From Eledone cirrhosa (taxonomy: Eukaryota), in the NCBI GenBank assembly GCA_964016885.1, contig OZ024741.1:294562001-294626000 (forward strand): a stretch of DNA of 64,000 nt, given 5' to 3'. The position numbers and the translations under genes were made by a program. Below are positions 25,200 through 38,425 of the stretch, piece after piece (position 1 is the stretch's first letter; each line of letters begins with the position of its first letter). The notes beneath the pieces were generated by a model that saw nothing but the letters and a program-made list of their open reading frames with translations, was not told the DNA's origin and made no database searches.

Positions 25200-25805
25200 G
25201 ATAAGCTTGCTGATTGTAATTATGGCAAAAGGAAGGTAAAGTTACATTGTAGTAGTGATTTGAGAAATACTTGGATTTAGGATCAAGTGATGGCAGCAGC
25301 TGAGAAGGAATAAGTTTATGGGTTGATGAGGTACTTACAGACATTTGTGTGGTATAGACCTCTGAAGGCTAGAGTGTACTTAATGAGTATATTTCTGTGG
25401 TGATTTATGCAGGGTAGTGGGTATCCTAGTTTAAAGCTATGTTGTGTTGGTTCGATTCACGGAGGTTTGAATCTTATGAATTTAGTGGCAATTCTATGTC
25501 TGCAGAAGATAGATCTTTCTAACTTATTGTTAAGTAGCCTTTTTACAGTTTTGAGGATATACATTAGTTCTAGATCACATAACCAGCAGTGGGACATACC
25601 TGTACTATAGGTTTTAGTAGGTGACAACTTCGACCAGTTAATACTGTCGTTAGTGCTGCTGTCCTTCAGTTCCCATATTTTTTTGGCGAGGGTTGTGGAA
25701 CCCATAAGTGCACGGTTTTTCATTGAGTGCCTGTGCACATACCATCTTTTTTTAAAAGAACCCGCGGTGGATCCTATGTTGACCGTGCACATGTATACTA
25801 GGCTC

Positions 25806-25806
<1 letters not shown>
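25200..25806 (-). mobile_element. Penelope-like GIY-YIG endonuclease fragment plus 3' UTR
   Basis: ORF 25457-25792: VNIGST..FKKRWYVH..STTLAKKIWELK..CWLC.LE..I..LLN..E..CRH matches PLE GIY-YIG C-terminal motifs. Confidence 0.8.
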
Positions 25807-25852
<46 letters not shown>

Positions 25853-25854
<2 letters not shown>

Positions 25855-26030
25855 GGAAAGAGTAGGACCCCGACGGCTGAGCTCAAGCCGTTTCGACGGC
25901 TAATTCATTAGAAAGGGCTTGAGCTCAGCCGTCGGGGTCCTACTTGTTCCTATTACCCACTCTACTACCCTAAGTATTGAGTACTTTGGTGTGTTATGGT
26001 TCATCTGGTTCCTTACCACATTTCCTTCAT
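25853..26030 (+). mobile_element. Penelope-like P1 remnant with half-hammerhead palindrome
   Basis: Inverted arms 25853-25894 and 25911-25952 contain GAAA(C/G)-GGCT-TGAGCTC-AGCC-GTC. Confidence 0.7.
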
Positions 26031-26045
26031 TATATATATACATAT

Positions 26046-26090
<45 letters not shown>

Positions 26091-26117
26091 GTATATATAT
26101 ATATTTATGTATATGTA

Positions 26118-29100
26118 TATCATCATCATCATCATCATCAACGTCCATCTTCCATGCTTGCATGGGTTTGGACGGGAGTTTCCCACTTGAGGCAAGATTA
26201 GTTGTCCTGCTCGTATAGGACTGTCTGGCGGGTTTTCTACGGTTGGATGCCCTTCCTAACACCAACCACGTTTACAGTGTGGACTGGGAGGTTTTTACCG
26301 TGTTACCTGCACAGCCACATTACAGCGTGGACTGTGTGTTTTTTTTGTCATGACACCTACACGAACTCATTTGTTTCGGACTGGATGTTGTGGTACCAAC
26401 ATAACTTCACATTTAAGGGGGTGGTGTGGATGGGGTGGGGGTAGTTGGACGGGGGTGTATTTTGTTAGAGGTGCCTACTGACTGTAGGTTTCGCTTTGTA
26501 CTTAGGCAAGGCGGGTCTTCTATATGACTGTGTAGTGCCAAAGATCTCGGTCCAGTGACATTGTCTTGGAGAGGTGTAAGTGTGTGAGGTCTGAATTTAT
26601 CAAGTCGTCCCAGGTTTTTCTGGGTCTGCCGACTCCGTGGCTACCGTCTATTTTTATCGCCCTGCACTTTTTTATACAGCTGTTGTCTTTCATGCGCATC
26701 ACGTGACCATACCAACGTAGTCTTCTCTCGAGTAAACAACATCTGGCCCCTCTTATTCCTAATTTCTCCCTTAGTTCGTTTATGCTTTGCCGTTCACGTA
26801 TATTACTATTACACATCCAGCAGAGCGTGCAAGCTTCGTTTCTCTCCAGTCTACGTATATCCTCTGCACACAATGCCCAGGTCTCACTGCCATGTAACAT
26901 TGCTGTTCGTATGCAGGCATCATACAGCCTGCCTTTCATTTTTAGAGAGAACCCTTTAGCGGCCAATAGTGGTATAAGCTCTCTGAACTTTTTCCATCCC
27001 ATTCTGACTCTAGCTACTGTACTTTCAGAGCACCCTCCACCACTGCTCATTTTGTGACCCAGGTACCGGAAGGTGTCCACTATTTCTATAGAACCATCTG
27101 AGAAATAGAATGCGCTAGTAATCTGTGGGCATTTGCTGCTACTTATTACACCTGAGCAACGGCCACATATAAAATCTATATTCTTAGTTAGCTTACTTGT
27201 GATCCCACTACATCTTTTATGCACCCATACTTTGCATTTGGGACATAAAATGGAGTTTCTGCCTACTCCTTTCCTACACACTGAGCATGGCCATTTCCCA
27301 GATGGGACCGGTGCCCTATTTTCCTTCCTACAAACTAGAACTTTAGTCTTAGACAAGTTAACTTTTAGGCCTTTTGATTCTAGGCCATGCTTCCATGTTT
27401 CGAATTTCTTCTCTAGTTCAGCCATTGATTCAGCTATGAGCATTAGATTATCTGCATATAGGAGTTCCCATGGGCAGCCGGTCTTGAACTCCTCTGTTAT
27501 AGCCTGAAGGGCAATAATGAATAGTAGGGGACTAAGAACGGAGCCTTGATGAACACCAACATTTACGCTAAATTCTTCACTATATTCGTTGTTAATTCTA
27601 ACCTTGCTGACTGTTTCTTTATACATGGCTTGTATAGCTCTCACAAGCCATTCATCAACACCTAGTTTTATAAGTGCCCACCAGATAATGGAGCGGGGGA
27701 CTCTGTCAAAGGCTTTCTCCAAGTCAACAAAAGCTAAGTATAGGGGTTTACTTTTAGCTAGGTACTTCTCCTGTAGTTGTCATACAATGAAAAGAGCGTC
27801 TGTGGTACTTTTACCTGACACAAACCCGAACTGCATTTCATCTAGATCAATTCGTTCTCTGATTAGTTGCGCTATTAGTTTTTCTGTGACCTTCATGACC
27901 TGGTCGATTAATTTAATGCCTCTATAGTTACCCCTATCGCGAGCATCTCCTTTACCCTTGTAGCAGTTAATGATGATGCTGCTACGCCAGTCCTTCGGAA
28001 CGGCCCCATCTGAATGACTTGATTTACTATCCGGGTGACCATAGTGTGTCCCACCATTCCAGATGCTTTCAGCATTTCAGCAACTATTTCCGAAGGCCCA
28101 GCCGCCTTACCCGTCTTCATATCTTTGATTGCCTTACTTATTATACTACCTTCAACTAGCACTGCTGGTCCCTCTATTGGATCGATGTGGGGGAGACTGT
28201 CTTTCTCCCATTTATTCTCCTCATTTAGTAGCCTTTCGTAGTGACACTTCCAAGCTACCTTCTTATCAGCATCACTGATGGCAAGTACACCATCATCATT
28301 AAGGACACACTTCTCCCCGACAATATAACGGTTTTCCTTGACACATTGCCTAGCATTCCTGAACAACTCACGTTTTTGGTCCTCGCGTTGTAGAACATGC
28401 TTGAACTTTCTTTCCTCTGCTTCCCTTCTTGTGAAGTACACTTGCCTCCTAGCTTCCCTCCTGGCCACTTGATAGTCATCTCTACTTCCCCCATCCTGCC
28501 ATACTTTCCAAGCCTGCTTTTTGGCCTAATTGACTCCTCCACCTTACTGTTCCACCACCACGTTACTCTCCTCCTGCCTATAGGCCTGCTCCAGCCACAG
28601 ACATCATCTGCCGCCTTCAGCAGGTTAGCTTTCAGGAATTCCCACTGTTCCTCTATATTGTACGACTCTAATTGCTCTTCCTTACTGTCGAAAGCATCAA
28701 GTAATATGCTTTTAAATTTATTACTGGCTGTGGGGTCCTTTAGCTTCCATATTTTTCTACTGAGGATAGTCCTCCTCTGTTGTCGAGTACGTCTTGTCCT
28801 GACTATGAGGTCGCTGACTATGAGTCTATGCTGGGAGGTGCATTCTTCATTGGGGAGGGATTTAGTGTTTACAACAGACACTCTATCACGTCTTCTGGTA
28901 AGGATATAATCTATCTGACTGGCGTTTACACCTGATCTATGGGTGATCAAGTGATTGTCTCATTTTTTGAAGTTAGTGTTACAGATAGTTATGTTATTTG
29001 CGTCGCAGAATTCCAGGATTCTGGAGCCTTCCTCATTTCTAGTACCAAACCCATAGCCTCCATGGATTTCGTCATAGCCGTCACACTGTTATCCAACGTG

Positions 29101-29280
29101 ACCATTTACGTCACCAGCAATAATTATGTAGTCACTGTCGGTTATTTGGGAGGTAGTGAGCATCAATGTCTCATAGAATCTGTCTTTTATAGTGCCAGGC
29201 AGTCCGGATTGGGGTGCATACGCAGATATTACTGTCACAGTAGTTCTATTTAGGACAAGTCTTATTTTAATTATTCTATA
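26118..29280 (-). mobile_element. RTE-clade LINE subfamily 1, 5'-truncated within APE, frameshifted
   Basis: AYAPQ, GDVNG, IDYIL, SQH and RT motifs split over several frames; 3' UTR and (TGA)n tail. Confidence 0.95.
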
Positions 29281-29357
29281 TATATTTATATATATATTCT
29301 ATATATATTTATATATATATATATATTCTATATATATTTATATATATATATATATAT

Positions 29358-29394
<37 letters not shown>

Positions 29395-29404
29395 TTTATA
29401 TATA

Positions 29405-29901
29405 TCATCATCATCATCATCACCGTTTTACGTCCGTTCTTCCACGCTAGCATGGGTTAGACGGGTTGTCCTGTTGTGGGCAGTGTCTGGTCGGCTGACC
29501 ATGCCTTGCTCATACAGGAACTGATCTGGCTTGATTTCTACAGCTGGATGCCCTTCCTAACACCAACCTCATTTACAGTGAGTGGTGGGTGCTTTTTCGT
29601 GGCGCCTACACGTCCACTTTACAGTGTGGGCTGGGTGCTTTTTTGCCGTGGCACCTCCACGACCACCTTGCGGTGGGGGGGGGGGCATATTGTTTATATG
29701 CTTCAGCATGTACCCATGGGAGGTTGGGTACCCTGTATTACTGCGTGACGCCAGAAGTCACGGTCGTGTGTCATTGACTTTGAGAGGTGTAGTTGGGTAA
29801 GGTCGGCTTTTATCACCTCATCCCAAGTCATCTTGGGTCTCCCCACTCCGCGGTTTCCATCAACTTCTAGTGCTCTGCACCTTTTTATGCAGCTGTCATC
29901 C
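29405..29901 (-). mobile_element. RTE LINE subfamily 2, 3' end
   Basis: Minus-strand peptide DDSCIKRCRALEVDGNRGVGRPKMTWDEVIKADL..DRDFWRHAV, a distinct 3' UTR and a (TGA)n tail. Confidence 0.85.
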
Positions 29902-29907
29902 TATATA

Positions 29908-31378
29908 TATAGTGAAGAGTTTAGCGTAAAAGTTGGCGTCCATCAGGGCTCTGTTCTCAGCCCCCTACTATTTATTATTGCCCTTCAGGCTATAACAGAG
30001 GAGTTCAAGACCGGCTGCCCATGGGAACTCCTATACGCAGACGACCTGACACTCATAGCTGAATCAATGGCCGAGCTAGAGAAGAAATTCCAAACATGGA
30101 AGCACGGCCTAGAATCAAAAGGCCTTAAAATTAACCTGGCTAAGACTAAAGTTCTAGTTTGTAGGAAAGAAAATAAGGCGGCGGTCCCTTCCGGGAAATG
30201 GCCATGCTCAGTGTGTAGGAAAGGCGTAGGTAGAAACTCCATTTTATGTCCCAAATGCAAAGTATGGGTGCATAAAAGATGTAGTGGGATCACAGGTAAG
30301 CTAACTAAGAACTTAGATTTTACATGTGGGCGGTGCTCTGGTGCAATAAGTAGCAGCGAATGCCCACAAAATTCTAACTCTTTCAATTGCGCAGAGGTCT
30401 CTATAGAAATAGTGGACAGCTTCCGTTACGTGGGTGACAAAATCAGCAGTGGGGGAGGGTGCTCCGAAAGTACAGTAGCTAGAGTCAGAACTGGATGGAA
30501 AAAGTTCAGAGAGCTTATACCACTATTAGCCGCTAAAGGGTTCTCCCTAAAAATGAAAGGCAGGTTGTATGATGCCTGCATACGAACAACAATTTTGCAT
30601 GGCAGTGAGACCTGGGCATTGTGCGCAGAGGATATACGCAGACTAGAGAGGAACGAAGCTTGAATGCTCCGCTGGATGTGTAATAGTAATATACGTGAAC
30701 GGCAAAGCATAAACGAACTAAGGAAAAAATTAGAAATAAGAGGGATCAGATGTTGTTTACTCGAGAGAAGGCTACATTGGTACGGACACGTGATGCGCAT
30801 GAAAGTCGATAGCTGTATAACAAAGTGCAGGGCAATAAAGATAGACGGTAGCCACGGAATAGGCAGACCTAGAAAATCCTGGGACGAGCTGATAAACTCC
30901 GACCTCACACACTTACACCTCTCCAAGACAATGTCACTGGACCGAGACCTTTGGCGGTACTCAGTAATAGAGAAGACCCGCCTTACCTAAATACATAGTA
31001 AAACCTACTACAGCCAGTAGGCATCTCTAACAAAATACACCCCCATTCCCCCCCCCCCTCCACCATCCCCCCCTCCTATGTAAAGTTATGTTGGTGCCAC
31101 AACATCCAGGCCGAAACAAATGAGATCGTGTAGGTGTCACGACAAAAAAACACACAGTCCACGCTGTAATGTGGCCGTGTAGGCAATACGGTAAAAACCT
31201 CCCAGTCCCACACTGTAAATGTGGTTGGTGTTAGGAAGGGCATCCAACTGTAGAAAACCTGCCAGACAGTCCTATGCGAGCAAGACAATCACTCTTGCCT
31301 CAAGTGGGAATACCCCCGTCCAAACCCATGCAAGTGTGGAACACGGACGTTAAACGTTGATGATGATGATGATGATGA
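29908..31378 (+). mobile_element. RTE LINE subfamily 1, 5'-truncated, plus strand
   Basis: GVHQGSVLSPLLF, LYADD, PHD-like Cys cluster, GRPRKSW; stop at 30661-30663; 3' UTR and (TGA)n. Confidence 0.95.
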
Positions 31379-31422
31379 TATATATATTCATATATATATA
31401 TATTTATTCATATATATATATA

Positions 31423-31466
<44 letters not shown>

Positions 31467-31844
31467 CACAAGATGGGTTTCTGTCTACTAAATGTAATTC
31501 ACAAGGCATTAGTCAAATTAAAGCTATAGTAGAAGACACTTGTCGAAGGTACCATTCAGTAGAACCAAATCTAAAACCATACAGTTACTAAGGTGAATCC
31601 TTAGCCACACAGCCACAGCTTTGCCTGTATATTTTGTTATTTTACTTCACCTGTAACCTTGTATTGATAATTACCAGGTAACTCAGAAATTACAGACAAC
31701 TGAAATACTAAACAATGTTTCATTAAGTACTGTCATTAATTTACCAAGTAAATTTAAAATACTTAATTTTATTTATTTTTTGCCCGATATTTTTCTATAA
31801 ATGTTTTTCATTTTTTTTGTCTCCCCCTCCCTTTTCCCTTTCAC

Positions 31845-32396
31845 AACCACCACCAACATCTCTGCCACCACCACCCTCCCCACCACCACCATCCTCACCA
31901 CCACCACCACCACCACCACCACCATCATCACCACCACCACCATCATTACCACCACCATCACCACCACCATCACCATCACCACCATCATAATTAATCTCCA
32001 TACTTGCTTTAAAATTAATAGTCTTGTTTTAATTATTGAAAAAAAAAAACATAATATTTGCAAAAAAATTTTAAATACGAAAATTAAAAAACTAGAAGTA
32101 TAAGACAAAAATGAAATTAAAAAATGATCTTTTTTTTTTATATAAATAGGATATTATTTTAGAAAGCAAATTATTATCTGATCAACATTTTCTAATGTAG
32201 GGTACAGTGTAGTGTGGTGTGGTGTGGTGTGGTGGTGTGTGATGATGTGGTATTGTGTGGTGTGGTGGTGGTGGTGGTGGCTGATGATGTGGTATTGTGT
32301 GGTGTGGTGGTGGTGGTGGTGGCTGATCGTGGTGTATTGTGGTAGTGTGTGGTGTTGTGTCATGCCATACAGTGTAGATGATGGTATGTAGTGTAG

Positions 32397-32427
<31 letters not shown>

Positions 32428-32456
32428 CTTCTTCTTCTTCTTCTTCTTCTTCTTCA
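31845..32456. repeat. (CAC/CAT)n, (GTG)n and (TTC)n simple repeats
   Basis: Directly visible at 31845-31987, 32205-32360 and 32398-32456. Confidence 0.9.
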
Positions 32457-32924
32457 ACCTTGGTGGAACAAACAGTTGATTAAATTGACTCCACAATATT
32501 TCATTTGTATATAATTTTATTGTCCCAGAGGATAAAAGGCAAGTTTTACCTCAGCAAGAATTTGAGCTCAAAATATAAAGGACCACAACTGGATATCATG
32601 GAGTTCTGTCTCAACTGAATTTGAAGTTAGATCTTACTGTATGGAATATTGTTAAAGTATTTAAACCAGATGCAGATTCTCACACATTTCTTTGAACTTC
32701 AGTTTAGAGAATGTGTGTGAAATCATACTTGAGGTGGCAGGTTTGATCCTTTGACTGAGCAATAGATGGTTGTCCTCAATATAACAAATAAGCCACTTCA
32801 TTTCATGTTGTTCCAGTTCACTCAGCTGCAAAAAAATAGAACCAGTAGCAGTAGTTGGAAATTAACCTTGCTGTAGATTAACATTTGCTCCAAGGGGAGA
32901 TATGTATTCTCAATTCCAAGTTTG

Positions 32925-33200
32925 ATACCACAACATCCAGTCCTAAATAAATGAGGTCGTGTAGGTGTCACGACAAAAAAACACACAGTCCACGCTGTAA
33001 TGTGGCCGTGTAGGTAACACGGTAAAAACCTCCCAGTCCACACTGTAAACGTGGTTGGTGTTAGGAAGGGCATCAATCCATAGAAAACCTGCCAGACAGT
33101 CCTATACGAGCAAGACAACCAAACTTGCCTCAAGTGTGACAATTCCTGTCAAAACCCATGCTAGTGTGGATGATAGACATTAAACGATGATGATGATAAT
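32925..33200 (+). mobile_element. RTE subfamily 1 3' UTR-only insertion
   Basis: Matches 31095-31378. Confidence 0.85.
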
Positions 33201-33600
33201 GAATTCCACAAAGATGTGTTTTTAGACTCAAGAAAAACTGAATTGCTTTTTTTTTTTAAGTTTACTGTTGAACTATTTCCACATCAACTTACAATTAACT
33301 TTCTCTCTCTTCTTTTTCTTCTTTTTCTGTTACATATCATCATCATCATTATCATCATTGTATCTCTTCCATTATCCATCCTAGCATGGGTTAGATGAGT
33401 TGTCCTGAAATTATGAGACAAGTCAGATCAGATGACCATGTCTTGTTCATACAGAACTGTTTCTGGCTTGATTTCTATGGCTGGATGCCCTGTCTAATAC
33501 CAACCACATTTACAGCATGAACTGGATGTTTTTTGTCATGGCACCAACAAAACCACCTTACATTATATATATATATATAATGAAGGATGACACATTTTGC

Positions 33601-33836
33601 TTAACAGTTTTGATACCAAACCACCTGAAACCGTTCTTGCACATATGGTGCAAAACTGTTCATTTTAAAGTGTTTATATTTATCCAAAATCCCTCCGTCA
33701 TTATTTTAAGTAAGAGCCTTTGTTAAATTATGTTCCAGATAAATAATAAGAAAATTATATTGTAAATTCTTCCAAATTCTTGATTATTTTCAAAATTATT
33801 TGAAAACCATTAGAAATATGGTATTAAAAGGGTTAA
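33601..33836. mobile_element. piggyBac-like MITE
   Basis: TTAACAGTTTTGATACC...GGTATTAAAAGGGTTAA: inverted ends with TTAA at both. Confidence 0.6.
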
Positions 33837-35088
33837 GAGTTACATATACTGATTTTATGGTTATACTTCAATAATAATAAATGGGCTCTGAGAGGATGAG
33901 GGTAAGAACAATGTCAGTCTGGAGCCCATCAAAATAGGAGATCAACAACTTCATTTAGTAATTGTCCTCCCAACAAAATTTTGTTATGTCACAAATACAA
34001 TGTCAATGAAATTATGATTTTAGTAAAATCTTTCCCAAATTAATTAATTAAAATAGTAAATATTTCATTATAGATACAGTTGAGCATAGCCATTTCCATG
34101 CAGATTCATCTATGAGATCTTGGTCATCTGCCTATAGAAGTTTGTACAGTCTTAAACTCCTACATTATGGCCCGGGTAACTATAATAAAAGGAAGTGGCT
34201 GAAAACAGAGCTTACTCTTAGTTAAGTACTTATGCAGTTATTTCACAATGAAGAGGTCATTGGTGGTACCTCTATCTGACACTATACTGAACTGCAGTTC
34301 TTGTTTAATTCTATTCCGTTGTGCTATAACTCTTTCAGTAACTTTCATGACTCTATAGTTTTCTCTCTCTGGTCTGTCTCCTTTTCCCTTGTAGCAGTTG
34401 GCTACACCAGTCACTGAGTATAAAGTCTAAAGTCTGTCTCAAGCCTGGAAGCTCATCAGGCTGATGCTTATCCCAGTTTCCGCGGCATTAAGAGAAGGGC
34501 CTCAAATTTCATATAGCTTAGGGCCTCAGCAGATGAGATTCCAGCTTTGACTCTGGCTTAGGCTCCTCTCAATTTGGTCACTTGTGTGCAAGTTTCATTT
34601 ACTTGCTTTCGTTCTAGCATCTCTACACACCTGATCTCCCTTTCATTGTACTGATTGTGATGGTGGCAGTTCTAAAGTTTCAGAAATCACAGGAAAAGGA
34701 AAATGGAATGTTTTGGAAGATTCGTAACTTGGTATGGTTATTCGTCATCCTCATGCTTCATTTCTGGGGTGGGTTTGTAAAGACTCGGATCTTAGAAAGA
34801 ATGAACTTGCAGAAGCCATGCTGGATAGGGACAAGTTGGGAAGTATAATTATCAGCATTGTCTGAGGAAATTTGACATGATGATGATGATTTGTTTTCTG
34901 TATCTGAGATGAAGAGAGTTTACATGACCTTCCAGTCATGATGAGTGGTTTGTAAACATGAAGTAGTATTCCAGTCTTCTTTCTAAACTATTCACATAAT
35001 CATCAAAGAAGCTACTAATACCAATAATTATCGTTAACATACCTGGTTGTTTGACACTATAGATATTTAGTTAGTCTATCAGGAACTG

Positions 35089-35258
35089 ATGTATGTATGC
35101 ATGCATGCATGTATGTATGCATGCATGCATGTATGTATGTATGCATGCATGTATGTATGTATGCATGCATGCATGTATGTATGTATGCATGCATGCATAC
35201 ATGCATGTATGTATGTATGCATGCACGTATGTATGTACATACATATGTATGTATGTAT
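35089..35258. repeat. (ATGC/ATGT)n microsatellite
   Basis: Directly visible. Confidence 0.95.
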
Positions 35259-35408
35259 ATAATTGTCACAAGTGTAGTGTTAACCAGAGTTTTCAAGTCG
35301 CTGGCTGGACTAACAAGTCACACTCGTTCAGCGCATCGGATCGGTAGGAGTTCCCCTACATGGATATAAAGTAGTGGCCGTACTCGAAAACGAGTTGGCA
35401 GCCACCAT
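35259..35408. repeat. Unclassified 150-bp interspersed repeat, copy 1
   Basis: Highly similar to 46589-46734. Confidence 0.85.
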
Positions 35409-35421
35409 GTATGTACGTACA

Positions 35422-35604
35422 TATGAAGGTCGGCTGGAAAGTTCATAACTCTGAAGGAGTAATGCTAGGGCTGTGAAATCTTGTATAAATTAATTTCAAC
35501 TTTGCTTATTAATAACTGCATTGTTTCTTTCTAGGGACTATGTTGAAAAATAAACCTCATTTGGTCATTTCATGAGAATATCTTGGTCAGCCTATGAACT
35601 TTTC
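35422..35604. mobile_element. Probable mariner-type MITE
   Basis: GAAAGTTCATA near the left end and TATGAACTTTTC near the right end form inverted termini. Confidence 0.45.
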
Positions 35605-36063
35605 TTATGTGTGTATGTATGTATGAACAGCCCCACACACACATATACATATATGAATACATTTACATTTATTGTAGTGGTATGTTGAAATTTTGCAATT
35701 AATTAAATTTAAGTCTTTGACTGTCAGAATTTCAATAAAGACCAAATATTTCTGTCCATGATGGCATTAAAGTAACATAATTAATTTTTGATATTATTCC
35801 ACTTTCACCACCACCCATGCAACACACACCACACACCTATCTTTCCTCCACTTTTACTTTATTTCAATTTGTTTTAATATTTTTTCAAGGGTTTTTGTAA
35901 ATTACCTTTTGTCATAATTGTTGCTGTCATAAAGAATACTGAAAAAATATGCAATAAAAATGATGATAACGGTGGTGATGTAGACAATGACTACACCACT
36001 TTTGTTGTTCAAGACTATTAGCAGAATAAAAACCATTATTATTATTACTATTACTAAAAAAAA

Positions 36064-36610
36064 GGGCGGTGAATTGGCAGTATCGGTAGAGAGTCCCTTT
36101 ACGTTCTGAGTTCAAATCCCGCCGAGGTTAACTTTGCCTTTCATCCTTACGGGGTTGATAAAATAAAGTACCAGTAATGTACTGGGTAATTGCTGGCCTT
36201 GTGCCAAAAGTAGAAACAATTATTACTATTACTAATATAGTGTTGGACAACATGGTTTGCAGCATATAAGTTAGCTTTTCATCCTTATGGGGGTCAATAA
36301 TATACAGTAGCAGTAATGCACTAGAGTCAATTTTATCAACTTTCTCCTGCCTCAAAATTGTTGGCCTTGTAACTAAATCAGAAACCATTATTACTAATAT
36401 CATTTTGCGGTGTCAAAGGGTGGTGGATTGGCAGTATCGGTAGAGGGTCGGACGCCATGCTTTGACGCATAGAGTTACGGCCCTTGCCATTCTGAGTTCA
36501 AATCCCGCCGAGGTTAACTTTGCCTTTCATCCTTATGGGGTCGATAAAATAAAGTACCAGTAATACACTGGGTAATTACTGGCCTTGTGCCAAAAGTAGA
36601 AACAATTATT
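36064..36610 (+). mobile_element. Array of three SINE family A copies
   Basis: About 36064-36230, 36240-36395 and 36417-36610. Confidence 0.88.
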
Positions 36611-36739
36611 ACTAATATCATTGTTAAGAGGTTAGTTGAAATAATATCCAAACTTAGGCTGGGGAAAAAATTATATACTTGGCATTTAATTGCTAATCCT
36701 CTTTGAAGAAGGCTCCTGGTGCTTCTCCACACATAGCCC

Positions 36740-37320
36740 AGCAATCTTTACACTATTTAATGTACATCTGACTCACACCTCTACCATCACAGTTCACATG
36801 ATACCCTCATGGCTCTCAACCGATAACCTTTCAGTGACATCTTCCTATTTGGGAACAATCAGAAGTCAAAAGAGTGCCGTATCTAGAAAGTAGGGAGCTT
36901 AGCAAATGAGCAAAATGCCTTTCTTTGCCAAGAAACTTTAGATCAGCTGTAGCAAATGGGCCAAGACACTGTCATGATGCAGTTGTCAGTTTGCAAAGCT
37001 CACAAACCCAGCCTCTTGCACTAAACTGCATCACAAACATTTTGGATGACTTTTTGATAGTACTCATTTGTACCTTTGCCTTTCTAATTCATGATACACA
37101 ATGTCTCAGCAATTGTAAAAATCAATTGACATCACCTTGATTTTGCGCTGCACCTGATGTGTTTTTGTGGGGCCTTAACAACACTAGATGCTTTCACTGT
37201 CATAGTATTCAGAATCTCAGGACCCTTGTTAACAGTATGAAGAAAAATGAAAATGCAACATGTAAGTAGTTCAGCACCTCAAAAGCTGTGAACTTGCCAA
37301 AAACGATGCATGTTCATGAA
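36740..37320 (-). pseudogene. Degraded mariner-like transposase fragment
   Basis: Minus-strand remnants resembling KVM..F, VYHE, YY.KV and QLHHDS (LHHDNA motif). Confidence 0.45.
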
Positions 37321-38387
37321 TGTATGCAGCTCCATTCTTTACCCTTTTCTCTCCCTAAAATCATTACTTTTCACAGGAAAAAAATAAAGTCACATACTTT
37401 TTCAACAGGCTTCATAAAAGGGGCAGTAGATGTGTAGAATCATTAGAGCATTGGACAAAATGCTTTGTGGTATTTGTTCCAATTCTGTGTTAAAATGTTG
37501 CCAATGTCACCTTTGCCTTTTTAAAGTTCCTGTGTCAATGGAATAAGGTACCAGTTTTATACTGGGTCAATATAACTGAGTTTCCCTTACCTCCAAGAAA
37601 ATTTGCTAGCCTTGTGCTTAAATTAAAAGCTATTATCATCATTGCCATTATTAAACAGTAAAAATAAAATGCAAAGAAAAAAGAAATTTAAAAAGACCCC
37701 AGAATTCAGCAGCACTACAACTTATATATATATATCTGTTTAAACTCTTGAACCTCACCCCACCAAATAGTCCACTGTTCTTATTTTACTGACAGCCCAA
37801 ATCTATATAAGACGTATGTTCAGCTAGCACTTTTATCCATTGGGGCTGGGGGGGGGGCTCTTTGGACCCACCATGTCCCATTCTACCTCCTTCATAAATA
37901 TCTGATGCACCCATCCTATAAAAAAATACCTCTTAGCTTCATTGAATTTTCTGAAAAGAGCTAACCTCCTTCCTATCTGAGGATGCAAAAGTTGTCTTGC
38001 AATATTTCTCGGAGAGGCCCTGCTGACAGCCCAGGTTGTTGGCAACCACTGATATGTTTTCTTTGTTGTTCAACAAAGTTCTTTTGAAGTCCTCTCTTTA
38101 TAGTTATGCCTTTTTCTGTGTTCATGTATCAGTTCAGGAAAAAAAAAAGAATTTGTTTCCAGTGTGTGTGTGTATCAGTTCAGATAAAATTTATTTTCAG
38201 TTTTGTGTGTAATTATGTGTTTGTGTGTGTGAAATTTTTTGTTTTACGCACTATTTTATGGACTATTTTATGCACTATTTTATGCACTATTTTATACACA
38301 TTTTATTATCTGATGTTGGACATAGTCATTATTTAATGGTGAAAAATACAAACTAGAAGTTTAAACCCTCCTAAAAATATCAAAATC

Positions 38388-38424
<37 letters not shown>

Positions 38425-38425
<1 letters not shown>

